Shown piece by piece: positions 14,213 to 28,059 of a stretch of 64,000 nucleotides of DNA. A program made the translations under genes and the position numbers. How positions within the stretch are numbered: position 1 is the first letter of the stretch; each line of letters begins with the position of its first letter. Source of the stretch: Laetmonice hystrix (lineage: Eukaryota); NCBI GenBank assembly GCA_965235115.1, contig OZ249436.1:19408001-19472000 (forward strand), written 5' to 3'. The notes under the pieces are model-generated. The model saw nothing but the letters and a program-made list of their open reading frames with translations. It searched no databases and was not told where the DNA came from.

Positions 14213-14290
14213 TGACGTCACACCATTGGGGTGGCGGTTTGGGAACGACGCTGTGACGTCATCCAACCCCCGCCTGTATCGGTATATAGA
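14213..14290 (+). promoter_or_regulatory. Promoter/enhancer-like module: two full CRE palindromes, ATTGG, GC-rich boxes and TATATAG
   Basis: TGACGTCA at 14213 and 14254; ATTGG at 14225; TATATAGA at 14283. No transcript evidence. Confidence 0.35.
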
Positions 14291-16489
14291 AGGGTAACTT
14301 CTCATCCCCGTGACTGCCAGCAAGTGTATTAAAATTAACGACACACTATTTAGATAAGTAGTCTTTTTAAAAAAATAATTTGTTGTACTACCTCATTTGC
14401 GTTTCTCAAACTTGGTGGTGATTTTCCTTCTTGTCGATTGTTCATTCGTAGGCGTCGGCCGTGGAGAGATATGTACCATAGTGTACATTGTTTCATATAA
14501 CATGGAATTTCCATTTTCACGATGTTATATTCATCAAATAGACATAGTTTGTAAACACTTTTACTCCATATAGTTCCAGTTAATTAAGCAACTATCGATT
14601 GCGATTGTGAAAATAAACAGACATGTCATGCAGAGATAATAATTTATGTGAATCGCTGATTATTACATTTTTCTGGTGAGTGTCCGACCCCCTGGTCACC
14701 CCACCCCCGGGTAGCCCCCCCCCCCCCACCCCCACCCCGGTTTGAGAACATCGGGACTGAGGTCCTGTGTTCACATATCGTCAGTCTGTTATACAGCCAT
14801 GAAGGTGAAGTTTTTACTCGAGTCGACGTTACAGGACATCCACTGTCAGGATGGTGTCGGCTTCGGTCAGCCGAGGAGTGGGGGGTTTGAAACCTGCCAG
14901 TGGGACTCTCAGGACCGTGTCCAAGGTGCTCCTTTGTACGAGTCACACCCCAAGTGCGAAGGGGGCGGAATCTCCCACCCCTGTCGATGGGACTTAACCC
15001 CCCCTCCCTCAGCTGGGCAAACAGCAGAGGCAGACGGCAATGCCATTTTTCCTTTCATACCCTTCCACTCGGCCATGCTCCAAACGTGGCCAGTAAATAC
15101 CAAATATCTTTCGTTGCTTCTAAGTCTTCTATTCAGCCTATTGTGACGACCATGCCAAAATGGTCCGGTATGAAATTTCAGACCTACCCCCCTTAATCAG
15201 GGATTTGGTGGCCTCCGACACGTTCCCTGTGTGCGGGAAAAACGCCGCTGTTGTGACGCTATAAGCCGGGACATCTCCCCTGTACGGCCTCCCCCGGCGA
15301 GGAGTCACCTCTTCGATGGGTTTATGCAAACAGATTAACTTTTGGTGCCGTATGGTCATGATGGTCCTGCCAAAACGGACAGTGCATGATCTCACTTGGT
15401 GTCGCTCCCATGTGGGCGGGCGGGGGTCGGCCGGGGGGGGGGGACATAACATACTCAGCAGGAGCTACACTGGGGGTTGGGGGTATACCTTTTTATTATT
15501 AATACCCTATATAAGTTACCATTTTTCGTTAGCCGCTGTCGTTATGATCTCGTTGGCGGCCGTGTAGACCAGCAGGGAGCAGTCCGTAATTGCCCCAGGA
15601 CTATGGTTGACGGTCACCGATTACATTAATCAATTACAGTTTTCAATTTCCCGTCGGTGCCCGTCCCACGACCATGTAATCATCATCGCCCACCAGTCCC
15701 CGGTGTCGCTGTCCATGTCGCAAAGAGAACAAATTTGCACAAACGTAATTATGATCCAGTGGGCCGGTCGTTTTGTTTAGCCCTCAATATCCGATCAAAC
15801 GCCGCCGATTTCAGCACCACCACGCACCTCGCTCGCTCAGCAAGCAGACAGAAAACCACCCTAATGGAGATGGTATTTCCAGCGAAAACGCACTCGATTG
15901 TATTTGGAGCCTTTTAAACTGTGAGCAAACGGAGTGTTTGCCCGACTTAGAATAGTTAATATGTGACCCTGAGGCGGTGGATGGAAGCAGGCCACTCCGG
16001 GCCTCTCGATCGTTTACTTAGACGGCCGCCAGGGGGCCATGATGAAAGCTCTCCTTCATTGACTTTTCTCCCCGACACCGATTTCACATTTTGCAATGCT
16101 GATTTGCGAGCTAAATTAGAAGTGCAGTGTCAGAGAGTGTTTGAGATGGATGTTAATTGTGTGGAATGTCTCTCCGTCCTAGCCCTACCCCGCCGGGTCC
16201 GGCGGCACGACCTGCCTATACCGTCCCTCGTCCTGAGCATGCGCGGATCCTGAGAACCTGCGCGCGCATGCTGTGTGGTCGGAGTGGGGCCGGACGGTGT
16301 GCTAACATCGCGGCGACCGTCCGCCGTCCCTCCCTCCGTCCCTCCCTCCCTCCGTCCCTACCTCCGTCCGTAAGTCGGAGAGTGGGGGCGATGAGAGGTG
16401 TGAGGAGTCCAGAGTCAGTCAGTTAGTTCTCGGGAACCAACGACCGCGGTCTCACACCGTGCAGCCCCTGCTCGGACGACCGCTTCCCA

Positions 16490-17270
16490 ACAGTCCTGAC
16501 CCAACACGAGGCCATCCCCCACTCACACGGCGACCACGACCTGAGGACTGCCTCCCAGCAGTCCTGACCCAACACGAGGTCATCCCCCACTCACACGGCG
16601 AGGCCACGACCTGAGGACTGCCTCCCAACCGTACTGACCAACACGAGGCCATCCCCCACTCACACGGCGAGACCACGACCTGAGGACTGCCTCCCAGCAG
16701 TACTGACCCAACACGAGGCCATCCCCCACTCACACGGCGACCACGACCTGAGGACTGCCTCCCAGCAGTACTGACCCAACACGAGGCCATCCCCCACTCA
16801 CACGGCGAGACCACGACCTGAGGACTGCCTCCCAACAGTACTGACCCAACACGAGGCCATCCCCCACTCACACGGCAGGACCACGACCTGAGGACTGCCT
16901 CCCAGCAGTACTGACCCAACACGAGGCCATCCCCCACTCACACGGCGAGACCACGACCTGAGGACTGCCTCCCAGCAGTACTGACCCAACACGAGGCCAT
17001 CCCCCACTCACACGGCGAGACCACGACCTGAGGACTGCCTCCCAGCAGTACTGACCCAACACGAGGCCATCCCCCACTCACACGGGGAGACCACGACCTG
17101 AAGACCGCCTCTCACCGCGGGGCTGTCCCCCACTCACACGGCAGGACCACGACCTGAGGACCGCTTCTCACCACTCCTGGCCCACCGCGGGGCCGTCCCC
17201 CACTCACACGGAGAGACCACGACCTGAGGACCGCCTCTCACCGCGGCGCCGTCCCCCACTCACACGGTGG
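16490..17270. repeat. 68-70-bp minisatellite (CTGACCCAACACGAGGCCATCCCCCACTCACACGG...CAGTA), ~11 copies, degenerate at the 3' end
   Basis: Direct reading. Confidence 0.93.
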
Positions 17271-18431
17271 GACTCTCCTCATCCCCGTCTCAGCGGTCGC
17301 TGTGAGTGGGACAGCTGACAGCGGTCGCTGTGAGTGGGACAGCTGTCCTCACTCGGACTGCTCGACTCCACGGCACGCTTACAACACGGCACGCATACAA
17401 CGCGGTGTAAGAAGTAAGTTACAACACCAATTATAAAGTTAGATATTTTAGTTACACCACTTTTCAACCAAAGACTCAGGCTATGATAAAGCCAGACATT
17501 TTGGCAGTTATTATACAGATCACGAATATGCACGATACTATGTTCAGTTAAAATTCTAATTACGTAATTCTTCCTAAATTCTTAAGGTGATGCTCTCAAA
17601 GTTTCTTCTATATATGTATGCATGCAGAATGAGATATGGCTAACAGAATTGCAATATTTCATAATCATATATTAAAACAGCTGTTGGATATTGTTTTGTA
17701 TCTAGACATCATGCAGGTATACATTCTTGTTTTAATGCTTCACCTCCAATTAATCTATCAATTGATTTTTCTCATATGTCAAAAAAAAAGAAGAAGAGGA
17801 AAATGGTGAAAAAATAATTGCCCCTATAACATAATAGGAAAATTAGTAGAGCTCATCCGCATACATATATGTAAAGCATCAAGTTCTGTTGTAGCATTCG
17901 TTATATTCGTTGTGCCGTTGTATAGAGGTAGATATTTGTAATCCTACATGCCTAATTAACATACAATATACTATATTTTATATCCCACATATAAATCCTG
18001 ACCTATGTATGGAATATACAGGTACTCAAATATTAATATACACCGAATTTAAACGTTAGTTAAGAGGCAAACTGGTGATGTTGTATAATATTTTGACGAT
18101 TGTATTCTTCTCCTCCGTCATCTTTCAGCCTGTCCTTTGATATAACGCATTTGTTGAGCTTTATTGACATTTTCCATTTTGTGCATAATTTATAGAAAGT
18201 TACTTAACACTTTTCTCCACCACATCATCGTCCAGTAAATTTATACCTACGATAAACAGTCGATAGGTCAATCCGTGGCATTAATCCACTAAAAATATAT
18301 GCGTTTTTGATATACATGTACTTCTTCATTATGACTAACATGATAAAATCACTTCAGTTATCGGTAAATCGTTGATATATTACTATATTTCACACTTGAC
18401 TTGACATACATTTTTCTTGTCGTGTATATCT

Positions 18432-19682
18432 GAACGGAGGAACTCGGGGCCGAATGGACTCTAGACTTGTAACAGAGGAACTCGGGGACGAATAGACCCT
18501 AGACTTGTAATAGAAGAACTCGGGGACGAATAGACCCTAGACTTGTAACAGAGGAACTCGGGGACGAATAGACCCTGGACTTGTAACAGAGGAACTCGGG
18601 GACGAATAGACCCTAGACTTGTAATAGAAGAACTCGGGGACGAATAGACCCTAGACTTGTAACAGAGGAACTCGGGGACGAATAGACCCTGGACTTGTAA
18701 CAGAGGAACTCGGGGACGAATAGACCCTAGACTTGTAATAGAAGAACTCGGGGACGAATAGACCCTAGACTTGTAACAGAGGAACTCGGCGCCGAATAGA
18801 CTCTAGACTTGTAACAGAGGAACTCGGGGACGAATGGACCGTAGACTTGTAACAGAGGAACTCGGGGACGAATGGACCCTAGACTTGTAACAGAGGAACT
18901 CGGGGACAAATAGACCCTAGACTTGTAATAGAAGAACTCGGGGACGAATAGACCCTAGACTTGTAACAGAGGAACTCGGCGCCGAATAGACTCTAGACTT
19001 GTAATAGAAGAACTCGGGGACGAATAGACCCTAGACTTGTAACAGAGGAACTCGGGGACGAATAGACCCTGGACTTGTAACAGAGGAACTCGGGAACGAA
19101 TAGACCCTAGACTTGTAGTAGAAGAACTCGGGGACGAATAGACCCTATAGACTTGTAACAGAGGAACTCGGGGACGAATAGACCCTGGACTTGTAACAGA
19201 GGAACTCGGGAACGAATAGACCCTAGACTTGTAGTAGAAGAACTCGGGGACGAATAGACCCTATAGACTTGTAACAGAGGAACTCGGGGACGAATAGACC
19301 CTAGACTTGTAATAGAAGAACTCGGGGACGAATAGACCCTAGACTTGTAACAGAGGAACTCGGCGCCGAATAGACTCTAGACTTGTAACAGAGGAACTCG
19401 GGGACGAATGGACCCTAGACTTGTAACAGAGGAACTCGGGGACGAATAGACCCTAGACTTGTAACAGAGGAACTCGGGAACGAATAGACCCTTGACCGTA
19501 ACAGAGGAATTCGGGGACGAATAGACCCTAGACTTGTAACAGAGGAACTCGGGGCCGAATAGACCCTAGACCTTATAACAGAGGAACTCGGGGCCGAATA
19601 GACCCTAGACCTTATAACAGAGGAATTCGGGGACGAATAGACCCTATTTGTAACAGAGGAACTCGGGGACGACCCTTGACTT
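18432..19682. repeat. 38-bp minisatellite (GACTTGTAACAGAGGAACTCGGGGACGAATAGACCCTA), ~32 copies
   Basis: Direct reading. Confidence 0.96.
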
Positions 19683-19932
19683 GCCCTATAGACTTTATTC
19701 TGAAGGGTCGTTATATTTACACGATCGAATTGAACCGATTTTTATGAGTGTGTATACCTACACTATAAACTATCACACCTAACATAAGTATCAGACGAAT
19801 ATATATCAGTAAATATATAATTATGTCATTTTGAACTTTATCTTCGACATGGTCAGAACAAACTCCTCAACTTGGCCTTTGGCAGCGATATCGCCCAAGG
19901 CTGAGATCACGAATGTATGTTATCCGCCATTA

Positions 19933-20500
19933 GTGGATCTGACCCACCGGCCGGTGGATCTGACCCATCGGCCAGTGGATCTGACCCATCGGCCGGTGGA
20001 TCTGACCCATCGTCCGGTGTGTCTGACCCATCGTCCGGTGGATCTGACGCATCGGCCGGTCGATCTGACCCATCGGCCGGTGGGTCTGACCCATCAGCCG
20101 GTCGATCTGACCCATCGGCCGGTGGGTCTGACCCATCGGCCGGTCGATCTGATCCATCGGCCGGTGGATCTGACCCATCGGCCGGTGGATCTGACCCATA
20201 GGCCGGTGGATCTGACCCATCGGCCAGTGGATCTGACCCATCGGCCGGTGGATCTGACCCATAGGCCGGTCGATCTGACCCATCGGCCGGTGGATCTGAT
20301 CCATCGGCCGGTGGATCTGACCCATCGGCCGGTGGATCTGACCCATAGGCCGGTCGATCTGACCCATCGGCCAGTGGATCTGACCCATCGTCCGGTGGAT
20401 CTGACCCATCGTCCGGTGGATCTGACCCATCGGCCGGTGGATCTGACTCATCGGCCGGTGGATCTGATCCATAGGCCGGTCGTTCTGACCCATCGGTGGA
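19933..20500. repeat. 21-bp minisatellite (GTGGATCTGACCCATCGGCCG), ~27 copies
   Basis: Direct reading; explains the VDLTHRP ORF. Confidence 0.95.
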
Positions 20501-21356
20501 TAGTTTGGGGAACGGAAGCAGAACAAAAATATTAAAGAAAAACTTGGAAAGTATAAGAAAGAACGATATACTGCTTTAGATTTTCATAAAACTAGCTTTT
20601 AGTGTAAATACTTAATTTATCCCTCCCCCTTCTCCCTGCCGGTTGTAGCAGGTTATTTTGGTGCAGTGCAGGTTTCGTGCAGCTTCCATTCAGGGGATTG
20701 TATAAAGTGCATGGGGAAGTTACTGTTGTATTTTCTAGTAATAAGTTTTAGGTATGACCCCATGGCATCACAGGAAGCTGGACAAAATATACGCTTCTCC
20801 CAATTATTGACATAGGGTATACTTTGGTGGCGGTACATGTTCCGTAAGAGTGAATTAAACAGAACTAGTGGAAGAGATGAAAACGCAGCTTAGATCAGTT
20901 ATTGGGGATCTACAGGACGGCCCTGGCAGTGATACAATGCTCACGTTGTTATAAGGACAGATGAATTAGGACGTATAAAGTAATAACGTAATTATCTGGT
21001 ACGACATCCGTATACGGAAGTTTAAAAAACAGTGCTTGTTATAAATCTCGGAGCAAACAGGTACTCGCGAGGAAAAATGCGATAGTTAACTCACTATTTT
21101 ATCTGATGTTTATTAATATTTATTAAATAAACAGTAATTTGACTCAAAAAGGTGTAATTATTCGGCAGAACTTCTTCCACAATTTTGGACGAAATGACAC
21201 TTTTGAGATGACACAATTTTAATGCTACGCTAATTGATCATTTATCTCGAGCATGTCTATAATTACAAAAACTATTCTTTGACAGATATCATCAATCATC
21301 ACTCAAATCTAGTCCTTATCAGATCCTTATCCTTATCAGATCAATACGGCGCTGGT

Positions 21357-22543
21357 CACCCCACCCCAACTTCCAACATCTCACCCCTTCTCGCGACCCC
21401 ACCACTCCTTTACTACCCCACCCCATCTTCCAGCATCTCACCCCTCCACCAGCACCCCACCCCATCCTCTAACATCTCACCCCTCCACCAGCACCCCACC
21501 CCATGCCCCAACATCTCACCCCTCCTCCAGCACCCCACCCCATGCCCCAACATCTCACCCCTCCACCAGCACCCCACCCCATCCTCTAACATCTCACCCC
21601 TCCACCAGCACCCCACCCCATGCCCCAACATCTCACCCCTCCTCCAGCACCCCACCCCATCCCCCAACATCTCACCCCTCCACCAGCACCCCACCCCATC
21701 CCCAACATCTCACCCCTCCACCAGCACCCCACCCCATCCTCAACATCTCACCCCTCCTCCAGCACCCCACCCCATGCCCCAACATCTCACCCCTCCTCCA
21801 GCACCCCACCCCATGCCCCAACATCTCACCCCTCCTCCAGCACCCCACCCCATTCTTCAGCACCCCACCCGTGCTCCAGCACCCCACCCTATCCTCAGCC
21901 GTCCTCCAGCGCCCCACCCCATTCTCCAGCACCCCACCCGTCCTCCAGCACCCCACCCCATCCTCCAGCACCCCACCCTCCAGCACCCCACCCCATTCTC
22001 CAGCACCCCACCCTCCAGCACCCCACCCCATCCACCAACGTCTCACCCCTCCACCAGCACCCCACCCTATCCCCCAACATCTCACCCTCCTCCAGCACCC
22101 CACCCCATCCCCAACATCTCACCCCTCCTCCAGCACTCCACCCCACCCTATCCCCCAACATCTCACCCTCCTCCAGCACTCCACCCCATCCCCCCAACAT
22201 ATCACCCCATCCTCCAGCACCCCACCCCATCCTCAGCCCTCCTCCAGCACCCCACCCCATCCTCCAGCACCCCACCCCATCCTCAGCCCTCCTCCAGCAC
22301 CCCACCCCATCCTCCAGCGCTCCACCCCATTCTCCAGCACCCCACCCCATCCTCCAGCGCCCCACCCCATCCTCCAGCGCCCCACCCCATTCTCCAGCAC
22401 CCCACCCGTGCTCCAGCACCCCACCCCATCCTCCACCACCCCACCCTCCAGCACCCCACCCCATTCTCCACCACCCCATCCTCCAGCACCCCACCCCTCC
22501 TCCAGCACCCCACCCCTCCTCCAACACCCCACCCCATCCTCCA
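21357..22543. repeat. C-rich minisatellite (CCTCCAGCACCCCACCCCAT modules, 20/39 bp)
   Basis: Direct reading. Confidence 0.92.
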
Positions 22544-23515
22544 TGAATATCAATGACAATTTTAGCGAGCAGGAATTTATGCAACGTGCCCTGATCCAAT
22601 CACAGACAGGTTCCATTGATCGCCGTTTGGTGGCGCCCCAGTTTGTGTAAGTTTGAAAGGCTATCGATGAAACGCTATCACTTTCCCACACTGACTTCCC
22701 GGCACGGCCCATTGTACGACCTTGGAGAGCCGCACTGACAAAAGCTCCAGAATCAATTTGTGCTCTGCTTGGCGGCCGGTTCTGTTCCGACCTCACACTT
22801 CACGGCACCATTGTCTGCCCAAATACCCGGACTCCGACAAACATGGAGTGCTATCCCAGCATATGCTCGGGGAGAGGTTGCCACCACGGCCGCCACCCTG
22901 CTCTAAGCCGGGCTCGGGTGTCGCCGGGGCCCACGAGTCTGTGTCTCCCGTCAAGTCGTACCTTTGTCAAGTATTTAGTCGGACGGATGACACGAACGGA
23001 CGATTAACACCACTCACCGACCATATGTTCGCCCGCGCTATTGACCGCATCGCCGATATTCCTCCGCCAGCCCGTGTTGGTTTTGACATTCATCGGTAGC
23101 ACGGTTAAAAGTCGGTGTGGCCGTTAAATATTTAACGTAAAGTGCGCCCTCTGTTGGGTTTGACACGTAGCAATCGCACATTATCGTTATTGACAACGTG
23201 TTCTAATTTGTATGAAGGAAAAACAGAGTCTCGTTTTCGTGATTGCTGTCGGCATCCGCACGTCGCTGGGGTGTGTGTGTGTGGGGGGGGGGGGGTGCGG
23301 GGATTCGATTTGGAGGATTATCTCATGGAGGCTGAATGTGCGCACCCCATCAGCGGAGGGGGGGGGGGGGGTATGACCGAATGTACCCTCCTATTTCGAT
23401 ATTATACTAAGTGACGTTAAAGCAACCCTAGGTCTGCTAAAGGTCGGCATCGAAGTTTTCCATTAAGTGATAAGAAAGCAATAATTAAAAAAATGTACAA
23501 AACCCCACCGGATGA

Positions 23516-23519
<4 letters not shown>

Positions 23520-23601
<82 letters not shown>
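23520..23601. repeat. (CT)n microsatellite, ~40 units
   Basis: Direct reading. Confidence 0.97.
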
Positions 23602-23603
<2 letters not shown>

Positions 23604-23604
<1 letters not shown>

Positions 23605-24310
23605 GAGCTGTTTAATACGTCAGTGATAGAGCTGTTTTATACGGGAATGATGATCAGTGATAGAGCTGTTTTATACGGTAATGATGATCAATGATAGAGC
23701 TGTTTTATACGGGAATGATGATCAGTGATACAGCTGTTTTATACGGGAATGATGATCAGTGATACAGCTGTTTTATAAGGGAATGATGATCAGTGATACA
23801 GCTGTTTTATACGGGAATGATGATCAGTGATTGAGCTGTTTTATACGGGAATGATGATCAGTGATAGAGCTGTTTTATACGGGAATGATGATCAGTGATA
23901 GAGCTGTTTTATACGGGAATGATGATCAGTGATAGAGCTGTTTTATACGGGAATGATGATCAGTGATGGAGCTGTTTTATACGGGAGTGATGATCAGTGA
24001 TAGAGCTGTTTTATACGGGAATGATGATCAGTGATAGAGCTGTTTTATACGGGAATGATGATCAGTGATAGAGCTGTTTTATACGGTAATGATGATCAGT
24101 GATAGAGCTGTTTGACACGGAGGTGATGATCAGTGATAGAGCTGTTTTATACGGGAATGATGATCAGTGATAGAGCTGTTTTATACGGTAATGATGATCA
24201 GTGATAGAGCTGTTTTATACGGGAATGATGATCAGTGATAGAGCTGTTTGACACGGAGGTGATGATCAGTGGCAGAGCTGTTTTGTACGGGAATGATGCT
24301 TAGAGCTGTT
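23604..24310. repeat. 34-bp minisatellite (GATCAGTGATAGAGCTGTTTTATACGGGAATGAT), ~20 copies
   Basis: Direct reading; ~2.1 kb upstream of the Dmbx ATG. Confidence 0.95.
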
Positions 24311-25884
24311 AGATGCAGGGGTCACACTAACGGATATAGACGGCCCCATGTCAGGCTGGCATTATCTCACCAATTCTTACCAATTCTCGCCATTCACCGG
24401 CATATATTACATGAAACCCCTCCGCCAAGGCCACACGTCCACGGGGGTATGTGAACGCCGGGGTTAACCGGTGCAGTAAAGGTTTAGCGGCGGTGTCAGG
24501 GGACATATATGTGGTGGCGGTTTTATCCCCCAACACCTGTGACAGACAATAACAACACAGAGAATATCAATATTGTCCAGATCAGTCAACACAGCGCACC
24601 GCCGTCAAATCCGACCAAAGTGGCTAAAATCACATAGTTATCGTTCAGATCAAGGGCCGCATGAAAGCCGTTCTCGCCCGGTTAGGATAAAAAATTAAAG
24701 GACAAACAAGTTGTATTGATGTTCGATTTTAGCGCTGTTGAATGTAGTTTGCGTTGGCCGTCGCCTTACCCAAACAGCTGCTGAAGAGCCGCTCTTTAGT
24801 GGGGAGCGCGCGCACCCGTGCGAGTCTTCCCAAACATTGTTCCTCCGTTTGGCCCCCCTAAGAGTTTAATCCGAAGTTGGAGGGGGAAGGACTAGGTGGA
24901 CTGAGAGGAAGACGATCCGGTGTCAACACACCTGTGAGGGTCGACACAACACTCGGTCCGCCGCCCTCGACACTCGCTCCCTGCTTTCAGTAAGTCGTCT
25001 GTTGACAAAGTTCTCCATTGTGTCACACCGTGGGTGGGAATGGGGGTGGGGTGGGGTGCGTCCAATGGGGTTCGAGGGGTGGATGATGGGAGGGGGGTCG
25101 GCTACAGGGGGCGGTACTTTTTCACACCTCGCTGACTGGCAGCACGATGCTCGTTCAAACACCCGCCTCGATCGAGTAAAACGGACGGCTACGTCCCGCG
25201 TACACTCACTGAAACCTCGGCGGCTCTCGGCGGCGGTCGGTGACGCGACGTGAAACGGTCGAGAAACGTTCCGTCGTCGGCGTCGTAACGTAACGTAATC
25301 ACGTCATAAAACGTCATACAGCGTCCGTCCACGGCGGAGGGGATGAGTCTCTCCGGGAACGCTGTCAGAGAACGCTGTCAGAGAACGCCGTCAGAGCAAG
25401 TTGTTATAGCCGGACAGTGGCAATCACAATCAGAACGCCGAGACAATATGCCGACTTACACCACGTGATTGAGGAGTAACTTATACACGGAGTCAAAGAA
25501 TAGTGACGTTTCATCTTTGACAGCGCCGTCGTGGAGCGGTGGACTGAAACACTGGAAGGTCCGTGTCACCCTCTCTATAGTTTAACCTCATCTTCATGGT
25601 GAGATAAACAACAAAAACATCGAGAGCCTTTTCTCTGGAGTCTGGCGGCTGGCTTTCATCGTATGCTATCTGAGACCTCGCTTTAAGTAGGAAACCATGG
25701 ACCCTCGGCCATGGTAACGTAACTATAGAAACCGGGGATCAAATCGACTTAACGAAAGATTGGCCTCTTTTGGCAATCACCTTAGTGCTGGTATTGACAC
25801 AGCCTCCTGGGCGGCTACTGTGATGTATGTCATCCTGGTCAGGATCAAAAGGCACGTTTGCCGTTACTTACGGGGCTCACGTGT

Positions 25885-26220
25885 TAATCCCCGCGTAATC
25901 AATTTGATGGTGTCGGATTAGGGCGATGTGGGCTACCTGAATTAGTCTGTCAATTAGAGATAGCGCCTCGGACAGCGCCGTCTGGCGGGCGCGGGTCACA
26001 CTGTCTGCTGTGATAAGCACAAACGATAAATCACCCGAAAATGTAATCCGATCAGAAACTGATATTGAGGGATACTGCATATCTTAGTCAGGTATTAACG
26101 GTACGCTGGGGTTCCTGGGGGACGCTGGGGGGACGCTGACATGCGGTGGGATGATGCCGTGCTGGCTGCGGGCGGTGTGCGGGGGGGGGGGGGGGCAGTA
26201 CGGGGGGGGCGTTTTAATCC
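25885..26220. promoter_or_regulatory. Cluster of four K50-homeodomain (bicoid-type) TAATCC sites just upstream of Dmbx coding exon 1
   Basis: TAATCC at 25885, 26044, 26215; GGATTA at 25915. Confidence 0.5.
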
Positions 26221-26455
26221 TCATCAGTCCGTCACGGGGTCCGTTTGTAATACAGACGTCTGGGTTTATTACCTGCAGGTCCAGTGATCAGTGAGGATCT
26301 CCACACGGGAGTGAGACGTCCGTCCTGTCTGAGCGGTCCGTATCAACCGGCCACGTGTACGGCGGAGCACGGGGCGAGGTGGTAGACAGCGCCCGGCGAT
26401 ACCCGCTCTCCCTCCCGGCAATCTTTCCCACACCCACCGACCGCCAGCCAGGCCG

Positions 26456-26660
26456 ATGATGCAGCACTACGCGGCGGCTGCGGCCGCGGCGGCCGGCGGG
26501 CTGGGCGGTCCGGGACCCGGTCACTCAATGTTCGGGCTCCCGGCACCGCCCCAGCTGTCCCCGCACCCGTCAATGCTCAGCCCGGCCCAGTGTCTACCTC
26601 ACCTCGGCCCCAACATGGCCCCCTCCGCTCATACCGTGGCCCTGGCTGAACGACTCGCAG
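26456..26660 (+). CDS. DMBX1: Dmbx homeobox gene, coding exon 1 (MMQHY...HTVALAERLA)
   Basis: ATG at 26456. The MQHY N-terminus and ALAERLA motif match DMBX1 (MQHY...[16 protein letters not shown]). Ends at GCAG|GTAAGT donor (26661), phase 1. Confidence 0.93.
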
Positions 26661-27147
26661 GTAAGTCTACCTTCATAATACCTCACATTCTCACAATCAC
26701 AATCACATTGCCTCTTATACAAGTATCTGCCTATACTTTCTACCAGGAAATACGACTATTAGCGCGACTCTCTACGACATGTGTGCACTTTTTTTATTTG
26801 AAATATTTACCCTGCTATAATGTAGGCTACTAGACCTATATATTATATCAGAGCATAATGAAAACTAAAACAAAGCTAAACATAAGCCTGTAGGCGAATC
26901 CATCATCTTGAAAAAAGCTAGGCGGTAGTGCGACTGCGACAGCTGCCGAAGACGGTCCACCTTAAATGAATCCGGGGACTCAAGTAGAAATGTAAGGAAA
27001 ATATAATAAAAAAAAAGGAAGTGGCCTGCGGGGGGCGAAGGGTAGAAAATATTAAGCCCTCGCCCCCCCCCCCCCCACCGGAACAGACGGGGAAAGGCGC
27101 CGCGTTCGGTCCATTAAATTGTTTCCTGGAACAACGCCGAACAATAA

Positions 27148-28059
27148 TCACCCGCGCCCTGTGATAATACCACCCGCGCCCTGTGATACCCGACAATATA
27201 CCACCCGCGCCCTGTGATACCCGACAATATACCACCCGCGCCCTGTGATACCCGAACAATATAGCCTACCACCCGCGCCATGTGATACCCGACAATATAC
27301 CACCCGCGCCCTGTGATACCCGACAATATACCACCCGCGCCCTGTGATACCCGACAATATACCACCCGCGCCCTGTGATACCCGAACAATATACCACCCG
27401 CGCCCTGTGATATACCCGAACAATATACCACCCGCGCCCTGTGATACCCGAACAATATACCACCCGCGCCATGTGATACCCGACAATATACCACCCGCGC
27501 CCTGTGATACCCGAACAATATACCACCCGCGCCCTGTGATACCCGACAATATACCACCCGCGCCCTGTGATACCCGACAATAATTATACCACCCGCGCCA
27601 TGTTATACCCGACAATATACCACCCGCGCCCTGTGATACCCGAATAATATACCACCCGCGCCCTGTGCTACCCGAACAATATATACCACCCGCGCCCTGT
27701 GATACCCGAACAATATACCACCCGCGCCCTGTGATACCCGACAATATACCACCCGCGCCCTGTGATACCCGAACAATATACCACCCGCGCCCGGTGATAC
27801 CCGAACAATATACCACCCGCGCCCTGTGATACCCGACAATATACCACCCGCGCCCTGTGATATATACCACCCGCGCCCTGTGATATATACCACCCGCGCC
27901 CTGTGATATATACCACCCGCGCCCTGTGATACCCGAACAATATACCACCCGCGCCCTGTGATACCCAACAATTTACCACCCGCGCCCTGTGCTACCCGAC
28001 AATTTACCACCCACGCCCGGTGATACCCGAACAATATACCACCCGCGCCCTGTGATACC
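27148..28059. repeat. 31/32-bp minisatellite (ATACCACCCGCGCCCTGTGATACCCGA[A]CAAT) in Dmbx intron 1
   Basis: Direct reading. Confidence 0.95.

Noticed and set aside
18432..24310. Regular 21-38-bp repeat arrays as CRISPR (also other arrays)
   Set aside because: Head-to-tail units with no unique spacers, no cas genes, and a eukaryotic context.
25959..25979. RE1/NRSE-like site GATAGCGCCTCGGACAGCGCC
   Set aside because: Four mismatches in the left half, and REST is not expected in this lineage.
26661..26833. Continuation of ORF 26456..26833 past ALAERLA
   Set aside because: Intron read-through after a perfect GTAAGT donor; the conserved motif continues at 33597.
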